Of a stretch of 32,382 nt of DNA, positions 1-11,199 are shown in pieces; the first letter of the stretch is position 1; every line of letters starts with the position of its first letter. Below the pieces are notes generated by a model, which ran no database searches, was not told the origin of the DNA, and was given only the letters and a program-made list of their open reading frames with translations. A program made the translations under genes and the position numbers. Origin of the DNA: Jimgerdemannia flammicorona (taxonomy: Eukaryota); NCBI GenBank assembly GCA_003990765.1, contig RBNJ01000352.1, forward strand, positions 1 through 32,382. Reading direction: 5' to 3'.

Positions 1-444
1 AAAAAAAATTTACCAATAATTTTTTATATAATAATTCTACCTTTGGTAAAAATTTTACAAAAAAAAAAAAAATATTTTTAAACAAATTGAGATATATTTT
101 TAACAGAAAAATAATGTTTCAAAAATTATTTTTTTCAAACTTTAATTTGTGTGCTAAATGATTTTAAAAGATGATCTTATCTACAGACAAAGGGATATGA
201 ATTGTACACCCGACGCCATACAAACCACGAGTCACACTAACATGTCACCAGCCTATACATCTTAAATGATGGGTCGTCATATGTCAGTCTGTAGTCTCAC
301 TCGCAATATGTATGAGTGTAGATCTTACAGTTAGTGATATGATACAGCAATATACAATGTGACATATATATAATTCATACCATATTGATTAGTCCTGCAT
401 ATATCTATTTTAAGAGATGTTTAGATATATCAGTTATCTTAATA

Positions 445-1323
445 TTAAACCCCAAAATTGATGTGCTTGTTAACAGATGCTTCTCTTGATTTGTGGCTCC
501 ACCAGATGGAATTCCTGACATTAACTAACAGCATGTGAGATATATAGGTGATGCAAATTAATGTGAGCTCTGTGTAATATAAGGGCCCTGTGACAAATGT
601 TACAATAGTCATACAACAAATGAGTACATGCAGACGATCAATGGAACTCAGTATGTGTATCGCAATAAAACGTAACAAATTTTCAACTGGAGTGGGTATA
701 TTGGGATGGGAATTCAGGCGTATGGCAGCATGACAGCAGGAGGTCCAGTCATTGAATAAAATACACTCAATTGTCATATAGAGTCTCCCACTTCCCACCT
801 ATCATATCTCATATATATATGAGATACAACATCAACGATCATGTAGTGGATGTGCCATTGGTGATACATATAGCATTGTAGATATCAGTCTATATCTAAA
901 ACTATTCAGAGATGAATTTAGATGATGGTGGTATCCATTGTAACATAGCAATGTGATATGATTGACATTACACTGAATGCAATATAGAGATATATGATGA
1001 TTATAGTAATGGTGATTTGGAGGTCTATCAGTAACACTAGGTTCTATGATAAATATGATGTTGGGTAAATAACATGACTATGTGTCCCATGAATAACAAT
1101 ATTCTCATAAATATACTATGCTATCCAACAGACAGTCACAATTGTACAGGAGTATTTCACACTGTTCTACTGCCATTATAGTCTTGTTTGCAAGGCTTGA
1201 GACAGGTGTATATATCTTGTTTGTTAGTTCAATAGTTATTGTGCTATCTATTACATGCTGGGCTTTGGTGATAGTAGCCTCAACTCAGCTTATGAGGTCA
1301 TTCAATTTGCTATCATAGTCCAT
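445..1323 (-). pseudogene. Decayed ORF of unknown function (~290 codons)
   Basis: ATG at 1323 (MDYDSKLNDLIS*VEATITKAQ...) stays in frame with ORF 445..798 through several TGA/TAG stops. No recognisable family. Confidence 0.4.
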
Positions 1324-1616
1324 AGTAGTGTAGATACAATTATAAATGTGTATGTAAGGGGGGGATTTGGCTTCTCTGAATTTATATACAGGAGTTCCTG
1401 GTCCTCTCAATCAAATGTCAAAGTATAGTGTGACAGGGTGGAGTGGGGTACCAAGATTCAAGACTATTGTCTGGACAGGATACTGATTTTTCACATTTTA
1501 AAACAACAATACACACAAGTTCATGATATTTATGTAACTTTATATTCATACAGAACACACTTCAAATAAGCTATATATGTCATGGAAGTGAGAGAGTAAT
1601 ATCTAACGATTATCAT

Positions 1617-4290
1617 TCACATCTCAAACTTTGTTTGGGATAGATATATTGTTTGTACAACTATATGTACATGATCGTCGATATTAGTTATATTTTGTGA
1701 TTTCAATCAATTCATCGCCTTGTCAATAACTGGTCAACAAAACCTACTTACCATAGACAGCTCCGCTAGCATGTACACAATAGCACAAAGTGTGATGGCA
1801 AAATCATTGTCACCCTTCTCATTGAACTTGTTCGATAATTTTTGAAAGAAATCACTATCTGCACCGTTTGGTATGAGAATGTCAACAAGTTCATCTGATT
1901 TTGTAAATACACTGTTGTGCATCTGGTGTTTGACTAGATTGTATAGCTTCTGAACATCAAGTTATGGGAAAGTCACATTTGGGGATGGAATAAATATTAG
2001 TCTGAACTCTGATAGAACCATTCGTTCATCTTGCATCAATCTGATATAATATGGAACTTCAATGAGTTCAGCATCTGGGTCAGACTTGAAACATATTACA
2101 GGAGTCAGAGTAATTGGGCTGTAATCAATAAATGGCATAATTGCATTGGTGTGGGTGCTGGAATTGTTGCTGTCCACTACAACAAAGTGGTTCGACTTTG
2201 TCGACAATGCACACAATATTGCCATTTGTCCAATTTCATGCTCTGCTGTTGCACTCCTCTTGTAAATGTCCTTGATGGCTAGTGCATAGAGTGTGTTGCT
2301 ATTGACAATGTCCCGTGTAGATACCTGTATAGTTGTTTGTATATCTGTATGCAACTTAATGAGATTTATATAGAACTCTGGGATATGGTGTGGTGGAAGA
2401 ATACAGAACACGGTTTGTTGTGATCATGATTGAACTGTTGGAATTTCAGATGGTGATTGTTGACCTATGTCACTACTGTTGCTACTGCTCCATTCAATGC
2501 TGGTAACTTATGGTTGCATAGTATTGGCGAATACAAGTAATACAGCAGCTATGACACAGCTCTGCTCTTTGATACACTGCAAGTATCCGCACCCAGTGCA
2601 TACAATAAAATCCAACATGTCATATTCATTATGAATTCTGATTCCCAACATGAACACACGAAGCTGTCATTGAGAGTTTATGGTCTTTATAGTATCTGTG
2701 ATAGCATTTTTCTCATCAAAGTGATTGATACTTATCAGAAGTATAACAGTGGTGGATGGTGAATTCTTATTCATAGTGTAGACATCAGTCAATGGACAAG
2801 AAATATCTGTTGTACCACCAGCTCCCATGTCTGCCCTGAGGCTGTTGACAGCCTGCAGTAGATGAATTATGCCATCATCATCACAATTGATATTGGTTTC
2901 AAATAATTTGAAATGTGTTGATATGCCGAACTTAACAATATTGATGGTACATGACTTGGGTAATATTTGCATGGAAAACGCAAGTGCTTCCTATATTTGG
3001 GCTAGTTTGCCATTGAGTATATATGTACAGCAGTCGACAATAAATATGATATCAGTTTGTCGCAGGTCCAATAATATATGGGATATGTTTGTGTACATTA
3101 TACAATGTGTGTTAGTATCAGGGTTGTATTCAGAGATCACAGATTGGTAGTGTTTTCTGTCAACATATATTGTGAAAATAAAATCCTAAAATGTGCATCA
3201 ACATTTAGAGAACTTTGTGACATTCATACACATATGCACATGCTTGATATATAGTTACCATTTGTAGACAACCAATATTGTCAACTAGAATTATAATTGC
3301 TCTTTTATAATCAGTAGTGTCATTAAACACCAACAATGTCTTGTGTGATGGTGATTTCACCTAAACAATTCTGTCTGTCATGGAACATTCAGAATGCACA
3401 GTCAATTTTCCAATCATTGTGCTGTTGGTGTGATTTGCCAAGTGGTGGCATGATATTGTCGTTTTCGGTAAACAAAATAGAACACAATCACTTATTGGTG
3501 ATTCATCCTCAAGCTCCTGTACATATTCAATGTGGACTGTTGTATCATAGTCATCAGAAAATAGTTTTCCAAGCTGTATTTCTATATGTTTGGGGAAGGG
3601 CAACTCAAGTTCTTGAGACAGCTGGACCGGGGATGGAAAGGGGTATACACTTGATATCTTTGCGACTAACTGCGCATATTGACCAATGTCAATAGTGAGA
3701 GTTGCTAGGACTGCCCAATCTGGTACTGCAAACACATATGATGGTGTAATGGTATCAAGAAAGTTGAAGTTGTACTTTTGAGTGATATGGATCCAAGCAA
3801 CTTTGTCAGTAATAGCAATTAGGACATCAATGGCACTATACAAGATTGGTTCAAGGTTGTATATGTTCTGCGGGAACCTGAGCATCCCATTAGATTTGAT
3901 GTGACTACATATCCCCAGACGACATGGGTGTGTGAATGACTCACCTACTGCACCTGAATTGCATTCTTGTAAGATAAAAACAAGCTCACTGTTAGGTTTG
4001 TCATAGATATGCAGACAATCTCTCCGATCATTTTGGGGATCGATTGCCACACAACACTCTGCATTGCATTGGATGATTATGTTGAGGATAGCAACCTTGA
4101 CAACCCCAGGCTCCAGAATGTAGCCATCTCTCAGCCGCACAACAAGTGTCTTGTCATGTTTCCCATACTTCTCTTCGAGGCAATTCAAAAATGGGGCAAC
4201 TTTGTCAGATTTGGCCACAATGCACTCAACAATAGAGCCATTCAACAATCAAATTACAAAGGTGTGACCACCTATGTTTTATTTATTGTA
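1617..4290 (-). pseudogene. VIT-VWA (VWA5A/BCSC-1-like) protein with N-terminal ubiquitin-like domain; one intron at 3186-3258
   Basis: VIT: VAWIHITQKY...SYVFAVPDWAVLATLTIDIG...QLGKL...HIEYVQELE...FCLP, then VKSPSH. A GTAACT...TTTTAG intron joins LQM|DFIFTIYV and explains the frame change. VWA: DIIFIVDCC...EALAFSMQILPKSCTINIVKFG...LRADMGAGGTTDI...VILLIS...RVFMLGI...TGCGY. C-terminus: TLYALA...FVVVD...VIDKAMN*LK. MIDAS motif is degenerate. Confidence 0.85.
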
Positions 4291-4571
4291 GACATCTCCC
4301 CACAACATTTTGTTTATAATCAAATCCCTGACACACTATCTGGTAACTTTACCATTATCTATGTGATATTATAAATTATGCATCTGTTGTCAAATGAGTT
4401 GAATGTGAGATTTTTACAAGACTTGCCTTATTATATATTATGTAATAAGTTTGTTTGTACATCTGTGATGTGCAATCAATCTATATTTTGACATGTTGTG
4501 TAATACTCTAAACATCACGTGCCCTGATTATATATATATATATATAACAGCTACTCACTGCCAACACAACA

Positions 4572-5234
4572 ATGGAGTTCACAACAATATACACAGGATA
4601 TCTAGAGACATATGTCAATACAGTGTATGTTGTCCGGGCATATAAGAACAGACACCTCCCATTTACATCCAGTGTGAGGCCAACAAGAAAAAGTGGTCTA
4701 ATGCCATCACTTGCAAATGGCACAACATATGTATGGAAACAAGCTACAATTGACTGATATTATGACTGATACAACTGGAGTCTGAATCATTGGGCTGGCT
4801 CCTTCTCCCTGTATCATGAAACACATCAAATATATTAGAGCGATAATTGAAGAGTTGAATCGAGGCTCATACTAGGAATAGAGAGAACAAGCTCTCATCA
4901 CCTAATATGCTCACTCTGCAATGAAACATACAAATTTAAAGTGGATGGTCTAATGTGTAAGATGATAACAGTAACTGTCAATAATGAGACATTTGTAATA
5001 TATAACTATTACGAACCAGAGGAAGCAGCTGTCTGTCTACTACTCTGACCAAACAAGGACATAGAACTATCACTATTTCACGTCACCACAATGTAAGGTG
5101 CATGTCAACTATGTCACAAACATCACAAAAAATGTGACAAGCAAGACATTTGTGGATGATATACAAAACACCATCAGACATATGTATACCAAGATACTGA
5201 TGATGTATATTCCTCCACCCTAATTACTGTTTAA
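4572..5234 (+). pseudogene. Gti1/Pac2 (WOPR) domain + C-terminal Zn(II)2Cys6 transcription factor
   Basis: One frame through stops. WOPR: TIYTGYLET...HLP...NGTTYVW...ID*YYD*YNWS...GSFSLYHE...YKFKVDGLMCKMITV...NYY...L*PNKDIEL. Then ACQLCHKHHKKCDKQDICG*YTKHHQTYVY at 5100-5189, a Gal4-type cluster with C>Y and R>H/stop transitions. Confidence 0.8.
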
Positions 5235-5381
5235 ATGTATTTCCTGCTTAAATCCCGAAAACTCACTCTCTCCTATGTCTCTAGGTAACAACTCCAGGGG
5301 TCACGAAGTGACAACCATGACATACCCACAGTCAATGACGTGTAAATTAATATATTTTATAATTCCAATATATAATACATT

Positions 5382-6400
5382 TTACACATCTATATATGCT
5401 GTGGGAATTGTATATGGGAATTGTGAAATGGATCGAACATTGGAAACTACAAATGTTAAATTTTGCCCTAGTAGATAAATATCCACTGTTTTGGTCAGAT
5501 ATGGGAGCGAGTATTGAATATCAAACTCAAATAAAATATTTGAGCTATTTATCGATAATAGATTCCAAACCGCTCCCATCCAACTCATACCATTATTATC
5601 AAATGTCCACACATATATACTGTTGTGATAATAGACGAATTTTACATCCAGAATTGTGGCACATGACAACCTGTGCAACTGGTTTACCACAAATATCTAC
5701 TTACAAGTAGAGTAGTTGTATATACACAATATACCAGAATCGTAAAATGTGATAAGGTGTATGTTGGTGTCAATGGTAATTTTGTCACCCTGCAACAATG
5801 TGTGTTTTAGGTACTATAGCTTATTTGGATCCTGCAGATTGTACAGCTTTGTATGCCCCAACATCTCGCATCAGGCAAAGTGGTGATTGCCTACAGTTAT
5901 CAGTGAAATTGCCTAGAATCCTGTATCCTGTTTATGTAACTGGCTGATATCAATCAGCTGCTTTATCTGATGAGTTGTATCTACTATATATAGCAATATC
6001 TGATCACAGACAATGATGTGATGGCCATCACCAAGCAAAACAAAATCACCAACAATAGTATTTTGGTCACTATCACAAAACAATCGTGGCTGATATGTTT
6101 CATCAGCAGGACAGAATGTGATAATTTTTTTACAGTAACCCAGTAGAACTACTGGGGATTCACCATCAGAAACAGTCAAATTGATGTCATCATATAGTGA
6201 TGACAGCTGGTTCATGTGTTCAAAATCTAATAATATTATGCTTGCAATATGCTTGGTTGTGCAGTAGAACAGTTTCCATACTGATAATATTCCATCACCT
6301 AGTAAAAGAGCTGCTGTGCACCACTTATCACACAACCTTCTACAGATTCTGATAGAGGTTCTGTGTGTTCTGTCAGACTAGTGCTGAACATATATGTACA
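5382..6400 (-). pseudogene. WD40-like/beta-propeller protein, paralog 1
   Basis: ORFs 5913..6335 and 5382..5690 share a frame. GDGILSVWKL resembles a WD repeat end. Aligns with the gene at 24.4-25.6 kb. Start is approximate. Confidence 0.55.
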
Positions 6401-7146
6401 TTGATAATTGGATACAGCAAATTGCGATCTGTTGGTCTACCAATAGTAACAACAGGATAAAGCCCGTCGAGCTATGGACTTGGCATGAGCAATTCTGTTT
6501 TATGCAAATATATATTAGATATATATATATATATATCTTCTTTCTCTCAATTTGTGATAATCACATTCCTTATAGATATTATCACCAGGTAGGTCGCTGT
6601 GTTTAAAATAAAATATCCGTGAATCGTTAATGTATATTGAGAATCCAAACACTACTGAAATGGTTTGTACAGTAACTACAGAATGTCTAATATGTTCTGA
6701 TGATGGTATGAACAAGAGGCCAGTACTGAGGTTATATACATATCTATACACAGTGTATACTTGATGCACTTGAAAACCACAGCCTTGTGACAAAGCCGAA
6801 CCAGACACCTCTATATGTTTGTATGAGTGTGTTAGACCAAATATACAACAGTGTAGTGGTTGTGGATATTTGTATCTTTACTTTTCAGAATGGCTTATAT
6901 TTAGTGTAATATCTATACATATATTACTGTCAATACTGTAGTTATATAACACATTCTGATCAGTGTCATATAATAGTTGAAGTATACCAATATAGACATA
7001 TACACATTTATGGTGTTAGTGTATATATATTTGGGAGTATTTATTGAATGCTGACACAGGATGTAATGTTTGGATATCTACCAAATGTTACAGGTATGTA
7101 TTTTAATATTATTTGGTTTATTCCATATGATGTCAGAAACACAACA

Positions 7147-7572
7147 CTACTACTACTACTATTTGAAGCACAAACTGTTAACTATCAACTATATCATACC
7201 CACATGCTTAGATGACCTTTTGCGATTCAACCCACTTAAAGTATCTGCCAACACTGTGTGATATGTCTCAAGACAGTCATCATACTATTCCTGCTTTAGG
7301 ATTTGGAGAAGATAGCATTTGACGAAGGCATCCATAGTTTCTCTCTCATATTTAGACAAACTGTTGCAATCTTTTGCTGCTCGCGCTAGCAACGATATTG
7401 AAAGCATACTGTGTTTTTTACAATTAGACATCTTTAAATACATGGTGTCTTTACCTGTGGATCCATCTGTAGTAGTAGTAGTCTGTGATAAACCATACCT
7501 GTTTTGTTTGACACTAGCTCTCTCTTTTGCTCTTTATTTGTGGTTTATTTGGGTTGGAGTTCCTGTAGCCAT
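7147..7572 (-). pseudogene. Possible histone-fold (H4-like) protein
   Basis: MATGTPTQINHK*RAKERASVKQNR tail, then SISLLARAAKDCNSLSKYERETMDAFVKCYLLQILK...YHTVLADTL, which loosely parallels H4 AIRRLARRGGVKRIS...LKVFLENVI...RKTVTAMDV. Confidence 0.3.
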
Positions 7573-7791
7573 TGTGTGTGTGGAAAGGAAGGTGTGTGAT
7601 TGGGTTGACTGAGTCAGCTATTCTTAAGCTCCTGAATTTAAACCTCTACCATTGAATCACAATTTGATTGTTGTGTAACTGTTGTCTGCTAATCAGATTT
7701 TGATTGGTATAGTATATAGATGAGCTGCATCCACTTAGCCTGTCAGCTTCTACTCTTTTACAATATATCACAATTCACCCACATCACATTT

Positions 7792-9153
7792 ATGGTTCTG
7801 GCTGTAGTATTAGTGTGGTTTGTTAGTGTGGATGCAATAAGTATACCTGATATAATCTCACATATCATACTGGATGCGATGAGCACACCGAAGCCAGACC
7901 TCATAACTATTTTAGACTCCAAAGACACAACATGTGTGGCTGCAGTGCTGTGCAGCATAGGCACTGATTGCAACCAGATTGCAGATAATAATAACTTTGC
8001 TGCTGCTCTGAGCATAGCTCTCAAAAAATACGATATAGATTATATGAAAATATTGCTCCCAACTAAGTGTTAGGTCAGCCGGGCTGCAGGTATTTGTCTC
8101 GCAGTCTTGCTAGCCCATGTGCCAGCAATATACAACATATTCATTTCCAAACATGCCAATTTGCTTGTATATTGTATGAGTGCATCAATGGGAAATACAG
8201 TGATGCAGCTGATGGATGCATCTACAGCCTTTGCACACCAAACTGAGGAACTGTTTCAGCAGCAGGGCAAGCTTGTGGTATCTACAAAAAATGCAATCGA
8301 TGCTATTGGAATCAATATGGGAAGGGTGCAGGCACAGGTCCAACAAACTAACACCAACATAGTAAAGATCAGCAAGACTGCTGCACAGACCCTGGCAAGC
8401 ATCAATAAAATCAATACAAATATGAAGAAAACCCTCGACCTTAGTGAAAAACTGCCAACTCAAATTGAAGACATTAGCAACCTGATAATGCAGAGTGTTG
8501 TGGAGCAGAGGGCAGCACTAGTCAGTGTTAGTGATAGAATTAGTGGTGTAGAAACATAGCTGGGGGAATTCAAGATGAACATGGCAATAAAGTTCACAGA
8601 TTTCAACCTGAAGGTGGATGACTTGCAGGACAGGATTGTCAATGTCCTATCAGATATTATAGTTCAACTGGATTCAGTTGAGAAATAGGCACAAATACTG
8701 CTGGCCATTTTGGATGGTGCTGAAAAAGCTGCCACAACAATGCACATGATATACAATGGCATGATAGCTGTTGTTGATAGATATTTTGGGCTACTTTGTG
8801 GATTCTCAGATGTGACAGGGTTCATATTTATCATTGCAGTTCTGCTACCATGTGTCTGGTAGCAACATATTCCAGGTACAATCAATAAAATGGTGTGTGT
8901 TTTGGTGCTTATTTCATAGAAAGCTATTAGACAGGGTGATGTACAACTATTTGTACCATATGAGATTGCTGCAACTATGTCGGGATTGTGTGTCCTGAAT
9001 GTGCTATGGATGGTGCATAAATGATAACAATAACAACAGTATAATGTCAGGTTGATGGAGTGTCAAGAGAATGCATATGATGAATTTTGTGAATTGTATT
9101 ATGACGAATATGATGATACACTTGATATTGTAGTTAAATCAGATATATTTTAG
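7792..9153 (+). pseudogene. GEX1/KAR5/Brambleberry-like nuclear membrane fusion protein (~450 aa, intronless)
   Basis: One frame. Signal peptide MVLAVVLVWFVSVDA. Cys-rich domain TCVAAVLCSIGTDCNQI...LSIALKK(Y)...PTKC*VSRAAGICL...IYNIF...VYC. About 200 aa of heptad-rich coiled coil (8190-8760). Two to three hydrophobic segments (8790-9015). Then TGA TAA CAA TAA CAA (decayed poly-CGA Arg run) and an acidic tail. Confidence 0.65.
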
Positions 9154-9247
9154 CAGTAATAAATATTAAACTGGCTTTGTTGCAATTATCTATATTTTTT
9201 TGGACATTTTACAAATTTGATGATTGTGTTACATAAAGGTTGACTAT

Positions 9248-9272
9248 GTGATGTCCTTGATGATGACATTAC
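9248..9272 (+). repeat. Short intergenic motif, copy 1 (GTGATGTCCTTGATGATGACATTAC)
   Basis: Near-identical to 17086-17110. Ends 14 bp before the kinase ATG. Confidence 0.7.
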
Positions 9273-9286
9273 TAATTACACCACTT

Positions 9287-10818
9287 ATGTTAAATGATAA
9301 AGCACAAGCCAAAACCACTTCAATACAAATTCTTGCAATGGACTGATATACTGCTCTTTTGAAAAAATGGCAAAAAAGCATCAAACTTAGTGAAAAGCTC
9401 AGAGAAGGGCTTGTATCTGTCATATATTCAAGTATATCTGTCAGTCCCTTCTGTATACATTTTACTTGTTAGATTCTGATATTGCACGCAAATAGTTAAA
9501 CCCATGACTTCCATTATACCTGACCATACTGTAGACTTGAAGCAATTTGCACTAAAATTAGTAGGTTCAATATATTGATCATGTATGATGTATATTGTTT
9601 TCGTATCTTACATGTGCTTCACTTATGATATTTATTAAAAAGTCCAGGGATTCTGAATCATTAGAGATGGTATTAAGAGAGAAGGATGTATATAGTATTT
9701 GAGATGATGCCAAAGATTAGTGGGCTGAAATGAAATATTCATTGTTAGAAGCAATAATTACATATTTATGTTGATTGTCATAATACAGGAAATGCTCCTC
9801 TACCACATATACTCAAATTCTATGGTTCATATCAGAAAGGTGGTTTGGGGATAATTGTAATAGAACAAATGAAGATAGATTTGAATGGTTACCTTGAGAA
9901 AGAAAATGTGATTAATGAAGACAAATTCTTAGATATCACAGTAAAGTTGGTAAATATATATTAAAAATGATGTAATCTTATTGTATAATAAGGTATGAAT
10001 TTTTCATCTACTTTGCAATATGATGTCTTTTTTCATTTCTAGATCGACTGTATTCGGAGTTTTCATTATTATAGATATGTTCATAAAGACTTAAAGGTAA
10101 TCACTGGGATAGCACAAAATACATTAACTGAATGAGTCACCATTCCTATAATGCTTTATATTTTCATAATTTACAAAACTATCTCAGCCAGCCAACATTG
10201 GCATCTGACAGATATCTGAGGGGTTCGAATTCTGCATTTTCAACATGACTACATGCTACCATACCAATATGAAAAATTTCACAAACCACAGCCAGTGTCC
10301 ATGGGATATCTTCATCGAAATGCCAATGTTTGCAAGTGTGGCTGCTGTGAATAAACTTGGTAGGTTACAAATATTTTTAGTATATACATAAAGTAGAATT
10401 TTGCTGTTTTCCTTACAGGAGATTTTGTATTCAAATCCGTTTATTAGAACACTTCTATCTTGATGATCTTGAGAGTCTTGAGTATATCTTGCTCTATATA
10501 GTCTTTGAGCAACACCTGCCATGGGAGAATTCTAAGGATTGAGAAGTATTACAACAGAAGAAGCAGATTATGATGGTGTTGGAAAATGCAAAGAATAATA
10601 AGCAGTATCAAAGGACTCTCTTAGAAATTGTCTTCAGGTACTTTAGCTACCTCTCCACCAAGCAATGGGCATGGAAACCCAAAGATGCCAATTTTGAAGA
10701 GCTCAAGGCTTCTTTAAGTGGTTCCAAAACTCCGGCTGCTGTCTCATAAGCAGACCTCACAATCATCAAGCAGCCTAAGCCCCAAAAATATACATACAAT
10801 CTGCAATCTAAAAAATAG
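9287..10818 (+). pseudogene. CK1/VRK-like Ser/Thr protein kinase with spliceosomal introns
   Basis: KLREGLVSVIY (Gly loop), ILKFYGSY...IIVIEQM, YVHKDLK|PANI, IEMPMFAS (from GTPxFAS), DDLESLEYILLY...LPW. GT-AG introns at 9950-10042, 10097-10187 and 10360-10447, plus less well defined ones between 9430 and 9790. Confidence 0.85.
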
Positions 10819-11199
10819 CTAGTTATACTTCAAAGATTATATGTATGTGGAGTGCAATTGTCTACAGAATAATTTGGACAATATATTCTCAAATAAACAT
10901 CCCATTTCCGTATATACTAGCTATGTCACTTAATTCAGTGTAACCATATGTATGGAGCATTGTAATCCAGATACTTAGTAGTTATAACAATTAATATAAA
11001 GATATATTTAATTCAAATGAGGTGAGCACTTGTAATGATAGGTCACTCCAATATAACGATGTCAGTGTAATATTCTATAGAAGCAGTTCTGATGAATATA
11101 TAGGATGAAATATGAGGTGACCACCCTTTTAAATAATAATGCCAAATTCGATAGTTATGATTTTAGGCAGTTGTATCCTTTTCCATACACATACAAGCC

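Noticed and set aside
805..826. Perfect 22-bp palindrome TATCTCATATATATATGAGATA
   Set aside because: Largely a self-complementary (AT)n run inside a decayed ORF; single copy.
1356..1495. Possible Pol III/snoRNA-like ncRNA ending CTGATTTTT
   Set aside because: No convincing boxes or fold could be established by eye.
7600..7662. tRNA-like fragment on the minus strand (GTGATTCAATGGTAGAGG...)
   Set aside because: Too short, with no anticodon arm or acceptor stem.
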